Made by a program: the position numbers and the translations under genes
Notes under the pieces: generated by a model
The model's input: the letters and a program-made list of their open reading frames with translations, nothing else
The model's database searches: none
Told to the model about the DNA's origin: nothing
Shown: positions 18,002-26,582 of the stretch, one piece after another
How the letters are laid out: every line of letters starts with the position of its first letter
Numbering within the stretch: the stretch's first letter is position 1
Virus record (IMG/VR): IMGVR_UViG_3300036770_005043
Location: 1-59,211 of that record
Strand: one strand, 5' to 3'
From: a virus
Lineage: Duplodnaviria; Caudoviricetes
DNA length: 59,211 nucleotides

Positions 18002-19465
18002 TCAATAATACTCGGGGACAAGCTCTTGCTGTTTGGGGCTATCCGGGTAGTCCGATTCTAGGCTAATAAAGTTTCCGGCCCGAAACCTCATTAAGGCCTG
18101 CGTGGTCGAGTCCACCATGTCGTCGTAGTCGCCATTAGGAAACGACGCGCACTCCTCGATCAGCTCTTCCGCCCACAACGTTTCAGGTGCCCAGACCATC
18201 CCTGACTCCAAGATCGGCGCGACAGAGTTAGCACGGCTGACTTTGTCGGTGCCAGCGCGGCGACCGCCGGGGTTGTACATCGTGACAGGGATGCCTGCGC
18301 GACGAAGTTCCTGTTGCAGGGTAACACCGGTTGCCTTGGCTTCGATCAGCACGTTATCGGGGTTCCAGTGTTTGTATTCGTCTTTGGCGATGCGCTTCAA
18401 TTCAGGAAAGTCCCACCGACCGCGTTTGACATCGAGCAGGATGATATTCGGCCCTGAGTCTTGGTCCGGGTAAAACACGCCCCACGTCGTAATCGCCGAG
18501 AAGTCAGCCGTCTCTTTTTTGCTATAGGCGGTGTCGTAGCTCTGGATGATGTAGTTCACGACCGGCGGGTCATCGTGTGGCCACACGCGCCACCACTCAC
18601 GTTTCAAGATTGCGCCCTCGTCGTTCGTGGGTTGCTGCTGATACATCGCATTCCACTTTTGCGCGGACAAGCTCGCCTTAACGGCTTCTAGCTCCTCGAT
18701 CTTCCAGAACTCCGGCCACAGGGGGTTACCGCTTGGCAGGATGGCAGGGAACTCGATCACCTCCCAACGATCCGCGGAGCGATTGGCTTGGGCCTTGAGC
18801 AGGCGTGCCGTTAAATCTTTGGTTCCCCAACGGGTCATGACAAGGACAATTGCCCCGCCAGGCTGCAAACGCGTACGCGGACCGCCTTGGTACCAGTCCC
18901 AGGCGTTGTCCAGTGCAAGATCGCTCATCGCGTCTTGTTCCGAGTGCGGATCGTCAATGATCAAAATATCCGCACCGCGTCCGGTTACGGCACCGCCCAC
19001 GCCAACGGCAAAGTAACTACCGCCCTTGTTGGTATCCCAACGGCCCGCGGCCTTGCTGTCTTGCTTGAGCAGGACCTCGGGAAACAATTCTTTGTAGCGA
19101 TCGCTGTCCATGAGATCGCGCACTTTGCGACCGAACTTCACCGCAAGCTCTGCCGTGTGGGTCGCCTCTAGGGCTTGCAGGGCAGGATTTCTGCCCATGA
19201 GGTACGCGGGCAGTAGGTAGGACGCGAACTCAGACTTCGTGTGACGAGGCGGCATGTTCACGATCAGCCGCTTCAGCGTGCCTTTGGCAATGCGATCGAA
19301 AGCACTGGCCATGCGCTTGTGGTGTTCACCAAGGATCGCGGAGGGCCAGACGTAGCGCACGAAGTCGATGAAGTGATTACGGGCCTTGTCTTGCGTCTCA
19401 AGGAGCATGAGCCGGTATTCCAGCTTCGCCATCTCCTCTTCGACTTCCTTCGGGATTGCGCTCAT
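18002..19465 (-). CDS. terL: Terminase large subunit
   Basis: MPPRHTKSE Walker A region, GRGAD..IIDDPH Walker B, MTRW, SYDTA nuclease motif, FPNG..DD.VDS. Confidence 0.95.
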   Translation of the reverse strand: MSAIPKEVEEEMAKLEYRLMLLETQDKARNHFIDFVRYVWPSAILGEHHKRMASAFDRIAKGTLKRLIVNMPPRHTKSEFASYLLPAYLMGRNPALQALEATHTAELAVKFGRKVRDLMDSDRYKELFPEVLLKQDSKAAGRWDTNKGGSYFAVGVGGAVTGRGADILIIDDPHSEQDAMSDLALDNAWDWYQGGPRTRLQPGGAIVLVMTRWGTKDLTARLLKAQANRSADRWEVIEFPAILPSGNPLWPEFWKIEELEAVKASLSAQKWNAMYQQQPTNDEGAILKREWWRVWPHDDPPVVNYIIQSYDTAYSKKETADFSAITTWGVFYPDQDSGPNIILLDVKRGRWDFPELKRIAKDEYKHWNPDNVLIEAKATGVTLQQELRRAGIPVTMYNPGGRRAGTDKVSRANSVAPILESGMVWAPETLWAEELIEECASFPNGDYDDMVDSTTQALMRFRAGNFISLESDYPDSPKQQELVPEYY

Positions 19466-19481
19466 TCAAAGTCCGTTGCGT

Positions 19482-19563
19482 AAAAATTTGCGCAAATTTT
19501 TGCACGAGTTGACAAGTTAATCAAAGGGGGCTGTTTTTTCTACTGGGGGTACCCCCCCCCCCC
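19482..19563. promoter_or_regulatory. Palindromic elements upstream of terL (candidate promoter/operator/packaging site)
   Basis: Perfect 20-bp palindrome AAAAATTTGCGCAAATTTTT at 19482-19501; GGGGGTACCCCC palindrome running into a C12 tract at 19552-19563. Confidence 0.55.
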
Positions 19564-19644
19564 TAATTGTGTTTGGCCGTTCATTGACTATCTGAAATAG
19601 AGCTTTAGCTCCAACCTTGGCGCAAGCGCCGTGTTTTTTGGACC

Positions 19645-20005
19645 CCGCCCGCCGCCCGCCGCCCGCCGCCCGCGCGGAGCGCCGCACGGTCCAGCGCTCG
19701 CGATCGATCGCGATCCGGCGTGTACGTTAACCGGATGACATACACGGCCCGCGGATCGCGGCCCAGCCGGCGCCGATCACGGCCACCGGATCGCCGACAA
19801 CCGGCGCCGTCGACGCCAACACTTCACCGATCCCGAGTTGACCGGCCGCGGTCCACGGTCCACGCGCCGCAGCTGGAGCGCCGCGGTCCACGCATCACCA
19901 GGGCGAGCGCCGGCGAGCTCACCGGCCCACGCATCACCAGGGCGAGCGCCACGGATCGAGGCCGACGGCCGACGGGCCGAGCGCCACGGATCACGGTCCA
20001 CGGGG
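19645..20005. repeat. GC-rich heptamer repeat array with a 24-bp direct repeat
   Basis: (CCGCCCG)x4 at 19645-19672; degenerate CACGGNC/CGCGGNC heptamers; CCACGCATCACCAGGGCGAGCGCC at 19888-19911 and 19927-19950; 16-bp palindrome at 19698-19713. Confidence 0.85.
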
Positions 20006-20216
20006 GCGAGAGCGTGGGGAGTATTTAAAGGCGCAAGGGCCAAGGGCCTTGCGCCCGCCACGGCTGGGACGCCGATCCGGCCGGCCAGCGGGGAGCGCTC
20101 GACGACGGCCAGCGGGAAGGGCTCAGGGCGAAGGGGTGCCGGAATGCGATACCGCACGGGCCCAGCAGGGCCCAGCGGAGCCCGCAGGGCGTGCCGGTCC
20201 GGATTCCCGCGGGCAT

Positions 20217-20241
20217 AAAAAAGGCCGCCCGAAGGCGGCCC
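20217..20241 (-). terminator. Rho-independent terminator ending the early region
   Basis: GGCCGCC-TTCG-GGCGGCC followed by T6 on the minus strand. Confidence 0.88.
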
Positions 20242-20266
20242 GAGTGTGGCCGATAGCGGCCGAGGC

Positions 20267-20521
20267 CTAGCCGCCGTGGCGCTCCAAAAAGGCGTCGACG
20301 GTTGGCGCGAGTCGATCGAGCCAGCGCATGACGCTCTCGGGTATGTCGTCGCCACACTCGCCACACTCGCCCGTGGATAGGGCGCACCAGTAGGTAGCCG
20401 TGCGGCCATGCGGACCGTGCAGCAGGGCGGGCGTGCCGCTGCCCGCGTTATCGGGATCGATCTCCCTGCTGTCGAGCTCAAGACGGTACGCGCCGCACGT
20501 GTACGTTTTCCGCTCGCTCAC
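20267..20521 (-). CDS. Early hypothetical protein
   Basis: ATGA coupling to the upstream gene; followed by a terminator. Confidence 0.7.
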   Translation of the reverse strand: MSERKTYTCGAYRLELDSREIDPDNAGSGTPALLHGPHGRTATYWCALSTGECGECGDDIPESVMRWLDRLAPTVDAFLERHGG

Positions 20522-20808
20522 GACCGCACCCCCTGCACGGCGCGCGCCGCGGCTTCGAGCTCGCCGATGATGCGATCACGCATCGCGTAATCGGGGATCG
20601 CCGCCCACTCGCAGCCCGTCTCGTTATAGTCGTAAGCGCGCATAACGGCCCGCTGAGTGAGCTCGCAAGGCGTGGCCGTCACGTACCGAATGCCGCGGTC
20701 GACGTCGACAAAAACGACGCGGCCGTCGTCCAGCTGGGTCGCTGCGATCCGCTGGCCGGCTTCGGTGTACCAACGGCCGGTGTTAAACGAAAGAATTTTC
20801 TGAGTCAT
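20518..20808 (-). CDS. Early hypothetical protein (FNTGR.Y...GQRI.A...F.D.DRGI)
   Basis: Likely true start MTQKILSF at 20808 after an AGAAGGTG RBS. Confidence 0.75.
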   Translation of the reverse strand: MTQKILSFNTGRWYTEAGQRIAATQLDDGRVVFVDVDRGIRYVTATPCELTQRAVMRAYDYNETGCEWAAIPDYAMRDRIIGELEAAARAVQGVRS

Positions 20809-20886
20809 GTTTTCACCTTCTAGCTGTATATCCACGGGGCACCGCGCCCCGCGGGGGGATGTCAAGTATCGCAAAGCCTGCACCAT

Positions 20887-20911
20887 AAAAAAAGGGCCCC
20901 GTGAGGGGCCC
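20887..20911 (-). terminator. Rho-independent terminator
   Basis: GGGCCCC-TCAC-GGGGCCC followed by T7. Confidence 0.85.
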
Positions 20912-20929
20912 TCGAAGGCGAGCGCGGGA

Positions 20930-21127
20930 TCACGCCGCGCAGTCGATTGGCCGGCCGTCGCCCGAGGTCTCGCAAGCTGCGCAGTACCAATAGAGCGGGG
21001 CCGCGCCGTCATCCGGCTCGACGTAGACCAGCTCGTGATCGAGGCGCTCGACGTACCAGCTCGGGATCGCGACCTGAGCGGGGCCCGAGCACTCCGGACA
21101 CGCCCAGCGGGAACCGGCCGAGCTCAT
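20930..21127 (-). CDS. Small Zn-ribbon protein
   Basis: CPEC...WYCAAC; coupled to the DUF932 gene stop. Confidence 0.65.
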   Translation of the reverse strand: MSSAGSRWACPECSGPAQVAIPSWYVERLDHELVYVEPDDGAAPLYWYCAACETSGDGRPIDCAA

Positions 21128-22212
21128 GCCGCCCAGTCCAGAATGTCGCCGGCGCTGGCTTCAAATTCCACGCGGTCGGCCGTCCACGGGATCGAGCGTG
21201 CGTACGCGGTCGCGCCGGTTACCGCATCCCATGCGGTCTCGATCGGGCGGCCCTCTTCCTGCTCGTGCACGGCCTTGATCCGCGCGGCCACGCGAGGCCC
21301 GAACCGGCTAGCCAAGAATTGATCGACCTTTTCGAGCTTCGCCGACTGCGCAGCACGCAAGGCCGTCGTGACGTTCGCGGCGCTTGCGCGTGAATACTCC
21401 AGCAGGGCCGGCGCGGCCTCTTCGAGGAACCGATCCGGAGCGCTGGCAGTGTGACGGATTGAAATTTCGTCGAGCTCGTGAGCGCCCCAGACAATCCGAT
21501 TCGCGCAGACGTAGTCAAAAAGGAAAGTTTTAATTTTTAGCGCGCTCGCACCGGTCTCGGAATTGGTAACGAAAAACCCGCGGGCGAGCTCTCCGGTCTT
21601 GCCGTCACGCCGGTTGGGTAGTTCGATCCGGTTAACTTCGTCGGCCAAGAAAACGAACATATCGCGATCGCCAGCAAAAAGCGTCGTATTAGCCTGAGTG
21701 ATCGGGACACGCTGGCCAAACTCGGCCGGCACGCGAAAGTCGCCGGTGACACCATCCCCGAACCGATCTTCGAGGGCGCGCACCACGTCCACGTTCCAAA
21801 TGCGGCCGTAGCGCGGGCCTGTGGCCGCCCTGAGCTCGACACCATCCGAGCCCCGCGTGAGCAGCACGCCCGTGTCGATCGCGTCGCGCTCGACCCTGAG
21901 CCCGTAATTTAAACAATCCGCAGCGAGCGGGGCGGGCAGGCTCCGAAGGTACGCGGCCGGCGCGCCACTGAGCGCGGCCAGCTGGCCGAATGCCCAATTG
22001 CTGGGGGCCGCTGGGTTACCCTGCGGACCCTCGATCACAAGGCCCTTATTATCGTCGGTTGGGACGACGCCCAGCCGGCGCGAGCTCACAACCAGCGCCC
22101 GAGAATTCGCGCGCAGGTCCTCAAGCTTTGCGCGCATTTGCGGGAGGCTGGTAAATCGCTCTTCGGCCGGACGGGTAGCCCATTGGCGAGAAGCTTGCAT
22201 TAATGTGGTCAT
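21124..22212 (-). CDS. DUF932-like protein
   Basis: WAFGQL..L.G.PA.YL, LRA.TG..YGRIWN, RGFF..NSE.G, YVC.NR..WG motifs. Confidence 0.75.
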   Translation of the reverse strand: MTTLMQASRQWATRPAEERFTSLPQMRAKLEDLRANSRALVVSSRRLGVVPTDDNKGLVIEGPQGNPAAPSNWAFGQLAALSGAPAAYLRSLPAPLAADCLNYGLRVERDAIDTGVLLTRGSDGVELRAATGPRYGRIWNVDVVRALEDRFGDGVTGDFRVPAEFGQRVPITQANTTLFAGDRDMFVFLADEVNRIELPNRRDGKTGELARGFFVTNSETGASALKIKTFLFDYVCANRIVWGAHELDEISIRHTASAPDRFLEEAAPALLEYSRASAANVTTALRAAQSAKLEKVDQFLASRFGPRVAARIKAVHEQEEGRPIETAWDAVTGATAYARSIPWTADRVEFEASAGDILDWAA

Positions 22213-22300
22213 GGTTTTAATCCTCTTTTCTAGCTGTATGCTCGGGGCGAAATTACCCCGAGCGCTGATATTAGCCTAAAAAATAAAAAGTAAACAACCC

Positions 22301-22987
22301 TTACGGCGCGCCAATGTCGCCGACGACGTGATGACGCAACAATGAGCCCGAGGGGAGCTCACGCGCGAAGCGTTCGAGCGCGGCCGCATCATCAGGGGCC
22401 CCAGCGCCAACCGTAGCGCGCCACTGCATGGCGACCGGACCGCCAGCGCCGTAGCACCCGCCCTTTTGATCCGTTCCCACGCGCGCCGCTTGCTGGCCGT
22501 GAGCTTCAAAGACAACAACAAAATCACGATCAGGGCGAGCACATAGCGGATCGCCGTTCCCGCAATTCGAGCACGTGATCCGATCCGACACCTCAGCAGG
22601 ACAGCGAACGAACCGCACGCCCTCGACCTTTTTAGCCCAGCGCTCGCCCTTCGCAACCGTGAGCACGGCCGGCCGGCCGAGCTTGCGCGCATGTAGCGCG
22701 CTCGCAAGAGAATCGGCCGAAAAGTTTATAACGGTCTCGCCCGCGACCGGTGCGGGTAACTTTTCGGCGGGAAAGTGTGAATAGGTGAACGCCTTCCCGT
22801 TCCGAGGGACTGCACGGCGCAGGGCCGACAAATAGCGCTTATCGATTTTGCGCACGGCCGCGGCTGGCTGGGGATTCAGCGGGCACGACGCAGGACACGT
22901 GCCGAACATGTTCACGGCGCCGGCGCGGTATGTCACCGCAATGGGTCCGGTTTTCCGGTTCGCGGATTGTCTGACGGTTTTTAACAT
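22301..22987 (-). CDS. Cys-rich phage protein (gp88/DUF7227-like, possible Fe-S protein)
   Basis: S.N.KTG.I, TCPASCP, TYSH, CP...C..C...LC, F.AHG, GCY, LRHH..GD motifs. Confidence 0.65.
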   Translation of the reverse strand: MLKTVRQSANRKTGPIAVTYRAGAVNMFGTCPASCPLNPQPAAAVRKIDKRYLSALRRAVPRNGKAFTYSHFPAEKLPAPVAGETVINFSADSLASALHARKLGRPAVLTVAKGERWAKKVEGVRFVRCPAEVSDRITCSNCGNGDPLCARPDRDFVVVFEAHGQQAARVGTDQKGGCYGAGGPVAMQWRATVGAGAPDDAAALERFARELPSGSLLRHHVVGDIGAP

Positions 22988-23172
22988 GCAGGTTTTCTCC
23001 TTTCTCGTTTAAGTTCCTCACAGCAAAAACAATCGCCGCACCCACATATCCGACCGACTGCAACGCGCTCACGTCGCAGCCATTCTCCGCGGGACGGCTC
23101 TTGCCTTACAGGCTCAACCAATAAAAGCAGTCGGTTACCGACTGCAAACAGGGTTGATTTTCCGTCCATCAC
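22981..23172 (-). CDS. Small Cys-rich hypothetical protein
   Basis: CGCGDCFCC cluster; ATGA coupling. Confidence 0.55.
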   Translation of the reverse strand: MMDGKSTLFAVGNRLLLLVEPVRQEPSRGEWLRRERVAVGRICGCGDCFCCEELKRERRKPAC

Positions 23173-23330
23173 ACTCCCCCCTCTGCCTCGGCACTCATGA
23201 TGTCCAACGTTTTAGTCAGGAATTCGACCTCCTGCTCCAAATCCTTAACCCGCAACTCCAACTCATATATCCGCGCATCGCGCTTGCCGATCTCCTGCAC
23301 GATTGCCGTTGTAATCTCTCTGACTTCCAT
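23169..23330 (-). CDS. Small coiled-coil hypothetical protein (53 aa)
   Basis: Read by hand: MEVREITTAIVQEIGKRDARIYELELRVKDLEQEVEFL...; GAGGAG RBS. Confidence 0.65.
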   Translation of the reverse strand: MEVREITTAIVQEIGKRDARIYELELRVKDLEQEVEFLTKTLDIMSAEAEGGV

Positions 23331-23342
23331 CGCTCGTACTCC

Positions 23343-23474
23343 TCAAACAATAGAAAAACAGCCGAGCCATTCACGATAGGCGCGCTGGTCTTCAATCCGC
23401 AGGACGCACCAAACACCGTTAACTTCACGAGCAACACAAATGTCGCCGCGCTTCCAGTTTTTCCAACCGAGCAT
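23343..23474 (-). CDS. Small hypothetical protein (43 aa)
   Basis: Read by hand: MLGWKNWKRGDICVAREVNGVW...; AGAAAGGAGA RBS. Confidence 0.6.
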   Translation of the reverse strand: MLGWKNWKRGDICVAREVNGVWCVLRIEDQRAYREWLGCFSIV

Positions 23475-23588
23475 GATTGCTTTCTCCTTTCTTAGGTAGG
23501 CCCGCCATGGGCCCGAGCGCTAATACTGGCACAAAAGAAAAGGCCGGCACAAGTGGCGGCCCGATCGGTTAGTTACTACAGCTCAGGA

Positions 23589-24026
23589 CTAGGTCCCCTC
23601 CGCAAGAATCGAAACAGACAGCCGCGAGGCCGCCAGCCTTTTGATCAGTGCCGCGGCGAGATCATCAAGATCGATATGCGTCGCGACTTCGTCGGCCCCG
23701 ATCGCTTCGGCAATATCGGCGACATTGAAATACTCGGAAACATCCCGCAAAGAAATATTCTCTGCGACACGCTCCGCGACTTCGTCCGCATCCATCGCTT
23801 CGGCAACATCAGAGGCGGTCAGGTATATCTTGCGCGCCACATTGTCGGCCACTTCGCTCATGTCAAGATCGGTCGCGATTCGATCAGTCACGCGGTCGAT
23901 CACTTCGTCAGGGTTGAGGGCTGGGGGCTGCTCGCCGATTGTTTTCTTAACTTCGGTGAGCACCAACGGCGTGATTTCACGCGCCAAAGATTGAACTAAA
24001 GCCTCGATAATCGGATTAATATCCAC
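23589..24026 (-). CDS. Acidic helical-repeat protein
   Basis: Repeated D..EVA..V/I units; AGAAAGGAGA RBS. Confidence 0.7.
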   Translation of the reverse strand: MDINPIIEALVQSLAREITPLVLTEVKKTIGEQPPALNPDEVIDRVTDRIATDLDMSEVADNVARKIYLTASDVAEAMDADEVAERVAENISLRDVSEYFNVADIAEAIGADEVATHIDLDDLAAALIKRLAASRLSVSILAEGT

Positions 24027-24027
24027 G

Positions 24028-24219
24028 TCAATTTCTCCTTTCTAAGTAATCGCCGGCGGCGATCTGTTCACAATATTGAACCTGAGCGCTGTACGTGTCA
24101 ACCAGTGCACGCGCCGCGGCCAATGCCGCAATGTGGTCGGGGTCCGGATCATCCTCAATTTGATCGAGGGCCCAGCTCAACGCGTCCACCAGCTCGCCGA
24201 TCGCTTCGGGGCTCACCAC
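24028..24219 (-). CDS. Hypothetical protein
   Basis: Coupled small ORF in the early operon. Confidence 0.6.
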   Translation of the reverse strand: MVSPEAIGELVDALSWALDQIEDDPDPDHIAALAAARALVDTYSAQVQYCEQIAAGDYLERRN

Positions 24220-24575
24220 TGCACCCGATCGGATCGCTGAAGCTGGCGCACCGCCTCCAGCCTTTCAGGTGAGCCGAGCTCGTACACGTCGCCCGCGGCA
24301 TCGACGCCGGCAAAACATACCCACTCGCTGGACTCCAACGCCTCGAGCTCAGCTTCTAGCAGCGCCTCGAGCTCGCCTTCGTCCGCGTCACAATCCAGCC
24401 GGCGCGCTTCCATGATCGCTTCGATGTATTCATCGCGCTCTGTTTCCGCTTCGGCCTTAGTGTCAAACAGCAGGGGCTGGCTCTCGCCGTGCTCGTCAGT
24501 CTCCAAAGAAACGAACGCGCCAGAAAGCGTATCCGTGACATTGGCCCAGCCTGTGCGCACAAATGTCTTGCTCAT
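24213..24575 (-). CDS. Highly acidic hypothetical protein
   Basis: E/D-rich; GGAGG RBS. Confidence 0.7.
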   Translation of the reverse strand: MSKTFVRTGWANVTDTLSGAFVSLETDEHGESQPLLFDTKAEAETERDEYIEAIMEARRLDCDADEGELEALLEAELEALESSEWVCFAGVDAAGDVYELGSPERLEAVRQLQRSDRVQW

Positions 24576-24751
24576 ACGTGCACCTCCATCGCAGCCACAA
24601 GGTGCCCTAGGTCCTCATCGCTCATATTGGCAAAACCGCGGAAGCCGTGCTCCAGATAGTGCAGCAGCAATAGATCGTCTTCGCCGTTCAGGATCGAGCC
24701 GGCGATTTCATTGACCAGTAGGTCGATGTTCTTTTGTCGAATGGTTCGCAT
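24572..24751 (-). CDS. Small protein with YL.HGF.GF...SDEDL motif (paralog A)
   Basis: Read by hand: MRTIRQKNIDLLVNEIAGSILNGEDDLLLLHYLEHGFRGFANMSDEDLGHLV... Confidence 0.7.
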   Translation of the reverse strand: MRTIRQKNIDLLVNEIAGSILNGEDDLLLLHYLEHGFRGFANMSDEDLGHLVAAMEVHV

Positions 24752-24879
24752 GGTTTTCTCACTTTCTGTTCATTTGTTTCTGTTGCTAATAAGTGCAAGC
24801 CAGCCCATGTAGGCCGCCAGCTTGACCCATTCCCAAAACGATACGCGATCAGGACTTGGCTTTTTTCTGACAACCACAA

Positions 24880-25086
24880 CTAGCCCTCCTCGTCCTCACC
24901 GAACACCCGCCGCCATTCTTCCGCAAGGTCCTCATCCGATCGGGTCTCAAATCCAGCGAAGCCATGCTGCAAATAGCTTTTAAGTACTACATGGCCATTA
25001 TCCCTGTCTTCGGTCATCAGGTAGTCGATCAATTCACTGGCCAAAGCATCCGCGGCCTGTTCTTTCGTGAAATCTTTGTATCTCAT
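24880..25086 (-). CDS. Small protein with YL.HGF.GF...SDEDL motif (paralog B)
   Basis: YLQHGFAGFETRSDEDL; GGAGG RBS. Confidence 0.72.
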   Translation of the reverse strand: MRYKDFTKEQAADALASELIDYLMTEDRDNGHVVLKSYLQHGFAGFETRSDEDLAEEWRRVFGEDEEG

Positions 25087-25244
25087 GACTGCACCTCCTC
25101 GACCTCTTGCGTTTCGACGCGATCGGTACCTAGTAGCGCAGCCGCCTCGGCTTTCGCTTCGACAGCTGCTTGCTCTTCGGTATCTGCTTCGACAATGACG
25201 GTACGCAGAACGCGTGCGTCGACTGTGACTGCATAGGTTTTCAT
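25083..25244 (-). CDS. Small DpnD/PcfM-like protein (53 aa)
   Basis: Read by hand: MKTYAVTVDARVLRTVIVEADTEEQA...; AGAAAGGAGA RBS. Confidence 0.65.
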   Translation of the reverse strand: MKTYAVTVDARVLRTVIVEADTEEQAAVEAKAEAAALLGTDRVETQEVEEVQS

Positions 25245-25307
25245 CTAGGTCTCCTTTCTATCTTTCTCTGCTGGAACATCCCAGCAACTCAAATCTATAA
25301 CAGGTTG

Positions 25308-25730
25308 CTAGGCCTCTGCAAGTGTATAGCCCACCATTGCCCACGGGACTTCCCCATAGTGCCACGCGGCGATCGGCTGCGTGTCGACGCCCGCCTTCAC
25401 AAGGTCCATGACCTGCGCGCCAGAATACAAAAGCAGCACGCCTTCTTTGCTTGCGGGTTTACCAAACGGAACGAACAACACCAGAATGAAGGTCCTAAAG
25501 CCCTGCTCCGCGTGCCGGTGATGGAAGGCGATCTGATGCGGGGACAGTCGGACCTTGCGGCCGTGCTTGACCACTTTCAGCTCAACAGGGACGAACTCGC
25601 CCGATTGCTTCAGGGCAATAAAACAATCCGGAATGCCAAGATTTACCCGTGATTCAATTCGGGTAATAAGGCAGTTTGGGAGGTTTTCTTTCAGCCTCTG
25701 GTACAGGCTCGTCTCGGGTTTCGCTGGCAT
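25308..25730 (-). CDS. Holliday junction resolvase-like PD-(D/E)XK nuclease
   Basis: E..LY..L, RIES...GIPD, VELKV, LSPHQIAFH motifs. Confidence 0.8.
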   Translation of the reverse strand: MPAKPETSLYQRLKENLPNCLITRIESRVNLGIPDCFIALKQSGEFVPVELKVVKHGRKVRLSPHQIAFHHRHAEQGFRTFILVLFVPFGKPASKEGVLLLYSGAQVMDLVKAGVDTQPIAAWHYGEVPWAMVGYTLAEA

Positions 25731-26370
25731 CTACTGTTTCCTCGGCTTCCTCAACGTCTGCGTCCTCATGCTCGATGACAAGAGGCTCTTCGACGCTGTC
25801 GCGCACTTGCTCTGGCGTGACGTCGATGATCGGACCGCCGCCGTAGAGCTTCTTGATTTCCTCGAGCTTGCGCATGACCTCTTCCTTGCTCATGGAATCG
25901 ATCGTGCCGTGCCTGATCTCCTTGCGATCAATGTAGATCGTCCCAAGGGCCTGCCCACGGCGATACTCGGCCTGTACCGCAGCGCCATAGGCTCCTGCCG
26001 CCAGTGCCTGATCGCGAATCACCTGTAGGTCGCGCATGTGTCGCTCGTACGTCGTCCCGTACTTCTCTGCCATCTCGGCTCGCGCCTTCTGGATGGCCGC
26101 GACAATGTGCGGGTTCTTATCAGGGTCGGTCAGCTCCTCGGCTTTCTTCTTAGCGCTCTTGACGTTCCACCCTGCACGGATCACGGCCTCCTGCAACGTC
26201 ACGTGACCGTCTCCTGCCACGAACTCGTTAACGAACTTCCACTCCTGCGTCGTAAGCTCCTTGCGTTTATGCGGCTTCACAGGCCGTGAGAGCTTCTCTA
26301 GGGTCTTAGGCTGTATGCCCCTACCTATCTTGCTGCTGAACTCCCTGTCGGCCTTGCTGCGCATCTTCAT
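25654..26370 (-). CDS. terS: Terminase small subunit
   Basis: LT..E..FV.E.V..DG...EA.IRAG HTH, L..IRD.AL..G.Y.AAVQAE..RG.A.G.Y motif; likely start at 26370 by ATGA overlap. Confidence 0.75.
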   Translation of the reverse strand: MKMRSKADREFSSKIGRGIQPKTLEKLSRPVKPHKRKELTTQEWKFVNEFVAGDGHVTLQEAVIRAGWNVKSAKKKAEELTDPDKNPHIVAAIQKARAEMAEKYGTTYERHMRDLQVIRDQALAAGAYGAAVQAEYRRGQALGTIYIDRKEIRHGTIDSMSKEEVMRKLEEIKKLYGGGPIIDVTPEQVRDSVEEPLVIEHEDADVEEAEETVDASETRDEPVPEAERKPPKLPYYPN

Positions 26371-26582
26371 GCCACTCTCCAGACCCGCCAGCCATTCTCG
26401 ACGCGTCGACAAGAGAATTTGGTCCCATGGCGCTTGGAGTACATCCACGCGGCGCTGCGGGCGTTCTTGGCGGACTCCACGTCCGGTAGCAAAAAGCTGT
26501 CCCCGATCTGCATGACAGGGAAGGGGTATTTCTCCCGCTGGGTTTCCGTCGGAATCGGGATTCCAGAGTCAACTATCAACAT
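26367..26582 (-). CDS. Small putative DNA-binding protein (IPIP...KYPF..M..GDSF...RVWRV family)
   Basis: Recognisable conserved phage motif; TACACT -10-like element just upstream. Confidence 0.75.
   Translation of the reverse strand: MLIVDSGIPIPTETQREKYPFPVMQIGDSFLLPDVESAKNARSAAWMYSKRHGTKFSCRRVENGWRVWRVA

Noticed and set aside
19888-19950. 24-bp direct repeat as a mini-CRISPR array
   Set aside because: Only two copies with a 15-bp spacer, embedded in heptamer repeats; no cas operon (the Cas4-like nuclease is a common stand-alone phage exonuclease)
19720-20481. ORFs called over the repeat block (e.g. 19777-20481, 19720-20028)
   Set aside because: Low-complexity R/P/A translations of GC-rich repeats, no RBS, and they cross a terminator
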